This document shows, in pieces, positions 62,465-64,000 of a stretch of DNA of 64,000 nucleotides (position 1 is its first letter; each line of letters begins with the position of its first letter). The notes under the pieces are model-generated. The model was not told where the DNA came from and made no database searches. It saw nothing but the letters and a program-made list of their open reading frames with translations. The stretch is from the NCBI GenBank assembly GCA_963755715.1, contig CAVWLW010000074.1:108164-172163 (forward strand), read 5' to 3'. Source of the DNA: an uncultured delta proteobacterium. Its GTDB lineage: Bacteria; Desulfobacterota; Binatia; UBA9968. Made by a program: the position numbers and the translations under genes.

Positions 62465-64000
62465 TCAGCTGCCCGCGCCCAGCGCTCCGGGCAGCGCGAA
62501 CGAGGGGTCGGTGGCGGCGGCGATCGTCGCGGCGTCCACCGCGAACGGCGCCTCGGCCTTGTAGGAGTCGAGCTTGACCAACGGACCGCCCTCGATCGCC
62601 GCGCCGCGCCTCGCACCAGCGCCACGGCAGCGAGATCGGGCGGCGCGACCGTGACCGGCTGCAGCGTCGGGCGGTGCAGCCACCACTCGGCGTTCGACGA
62701 GGTGAGCAGCACGCCGACGCGGTGGCCGGCCGGGAGCTTCCAGTCGTCGCCGTAGAGGTCGAAGCGCCAGCCGTTGCCCGACAGCAGGTACGTGCCGCGG
62801 CAGATGAGCGTCGCGTTGCCGCCGGAGTCGATGTCGTAGACGTCGGCCACGAGGTTGGCGTCGGGCAGCGCGATCGACGCGTCGACCGTCACCTTCGGGA
62901 CGCCCGCGAAGTGCGCGTCGTGGGCCAGCGGCGGCGAGAACGTCCAGATCCCCTGCCCGGGGCGTGCGCCGTCGCCGGTGCCGTTGTTCTGCGCGTCGTC
63001 GGTGTACGAGCCGGGCTTCAGCGGGGTCGACAGCACGAGGCGTCGGCCGGCGGCCAGCTGCCTCCGCGCGCCACGTGCCGTCGCTCGTCTCGACCGCGAC
63101 CGGCGGGTCTGCGACCGACGGCGTCGACGCCTTCAGGTAGCTGGTCGTAGAAGCGCATGGCCTCGTCGAACCAGCCGTGGCGGCCCATAGCCAGGCGGCC
63201 GTCGGCGTCGACGTCGTTGCCGCGCACGTGGTCCCACATGCCGAACCACGCGCGCTTGGGGCCGGCGACGTCGTTGAAGAGGTCCCAGGCGCCGTCGGGC
63301 TTGGTGTTGTTCTCGAGGAAGCCCTGCGTCAGGAACAGCGGCGTCGTCTGCCCGCGCGCCTTGGCGATCAGGTCGCGCGCGCTGCCAGAATGCCGAGCCG
63401 TGGTCGTCGCTGCTGCTGGTCGAGGCAGTTGCGGCGCAGGCACCCCGGGCGCGCGGTGTTGTTGGCGCCGTTGAGGTTGTAGGCCGGGCGTGTCGCCGGT
63501 CGTGCCCGGCGTGCGCGTCGATCGCGTCGTAGAGCGCGGGCGTCGGCGAGCGAGTTCTGAAGCGGACCCGGTTCGTGTAGAGGTAGCGGTACAGGTCGTA
63601 GACCGGCTCCTGGGAGACGACCGCGTCGAGGCCCGGCCGGCTGCTGGCGACGCCGATCAGCCCGGTCACGCCGTCGTAGGACTTGCCGTACATGCCGACC
63701 TTGCCGGTCGACCACGGCTGGGCCGCCGCCCACTCGACCGCGTCTTGACGTCGGCCTGCTCGCCCGGCCGCCCCAGTCCAGCAGCCACGTCGAGCCGCCG
63801 AATCCGCGCAGGTCAACCATACGTACGTGTAGCCGCGCCCCATCAGTGGGCGCCGTCGACGAAGTCCTAGAAGCGCGAGGCTGGGCCCGTTGGCCCGATC
63901 GGGTCGTAGGGGCGTGCCCTCGACGGGCCCCGCCGGCCCGGTCCGCCCGGGCGGTGGAAGACGGGCCGACCGAGAGGATGACCGGCGTCTTGGCGTCGGC
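62465..64000 (-). CDS. CocE/NonD (S15 peptidase-like) hydrolase, heavily frameshifted, 5' end outside window
   Basis: VDLRGFGGS, WSTGKVGMYGKSYDG nucleophile motif, C-terminal PepX_C-like domain. Confidence 0.8.

Noticed and set aside
52105-64000. High-GC region as a horizontally acquired genomic island
   Set aside because: No integrase, att site or IS; housekeeping content; mid-gene breaks and a higher indel rate fit a chimera better.

Overview
The window joins sequence from at least two organisms. Bases 1 to about 52104 are moderate-GC chromosome with deltaproteobacterial-type synteny; Candidatus Binatia/Binatota is plausible but is an inference. This part holds fabD-fabG-acpP-rpiB-glyA-nrdR-ribD-ribE-ribBA-ribH-nusB-leuS-lptE, rpsT, tatC, hppA, and a decayed 2.9 kb integrative islet at tRNA-Leu(TAA) carrying a PEP-CTERM gene. 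It continues with two signal-peptide-bearing SET-domain paralogs, aroG, catabolic genes, a B12/radical-SAM gene, ftsEX-envC-ctpA-xseA-M23-xseB, a light-protection/carotenoid island, a ligAB/hydrolase operon, folD and a truncated gcvT. At about 52104 and again at about 52800, genes are cut mid-frame and the sequence becomes very GC-rich and actinobacterial-like (pduO fragment, glycosyltransferases, HD-GYP, UDG, panG/C/B, DUF559, CocE/NonD). These look like chimeric junctions. Scattered single-base frameshifts, including in essential genes, look like long-read errors. The best candidates for new biology are: (1) a CarH-type cobalamin photoreceptor module (Wx9EH and ExHxxG motifs) fused to a C-terminal XRE helix-turn-helix instead of an N-terminal MerR domain, coupled to crtE-crtI-crtB-cruF with a perfect 16-bp palindrome in the divergent promoter; (2) duplicated, apparently Sec-exported SET-domain proteins with four conserved cysteines; (3) a RibBA whose DHBP-synthase active site has degenerated; (4) an internally deleted mini-tRNA and paired arm-type repeats bounding the islet.
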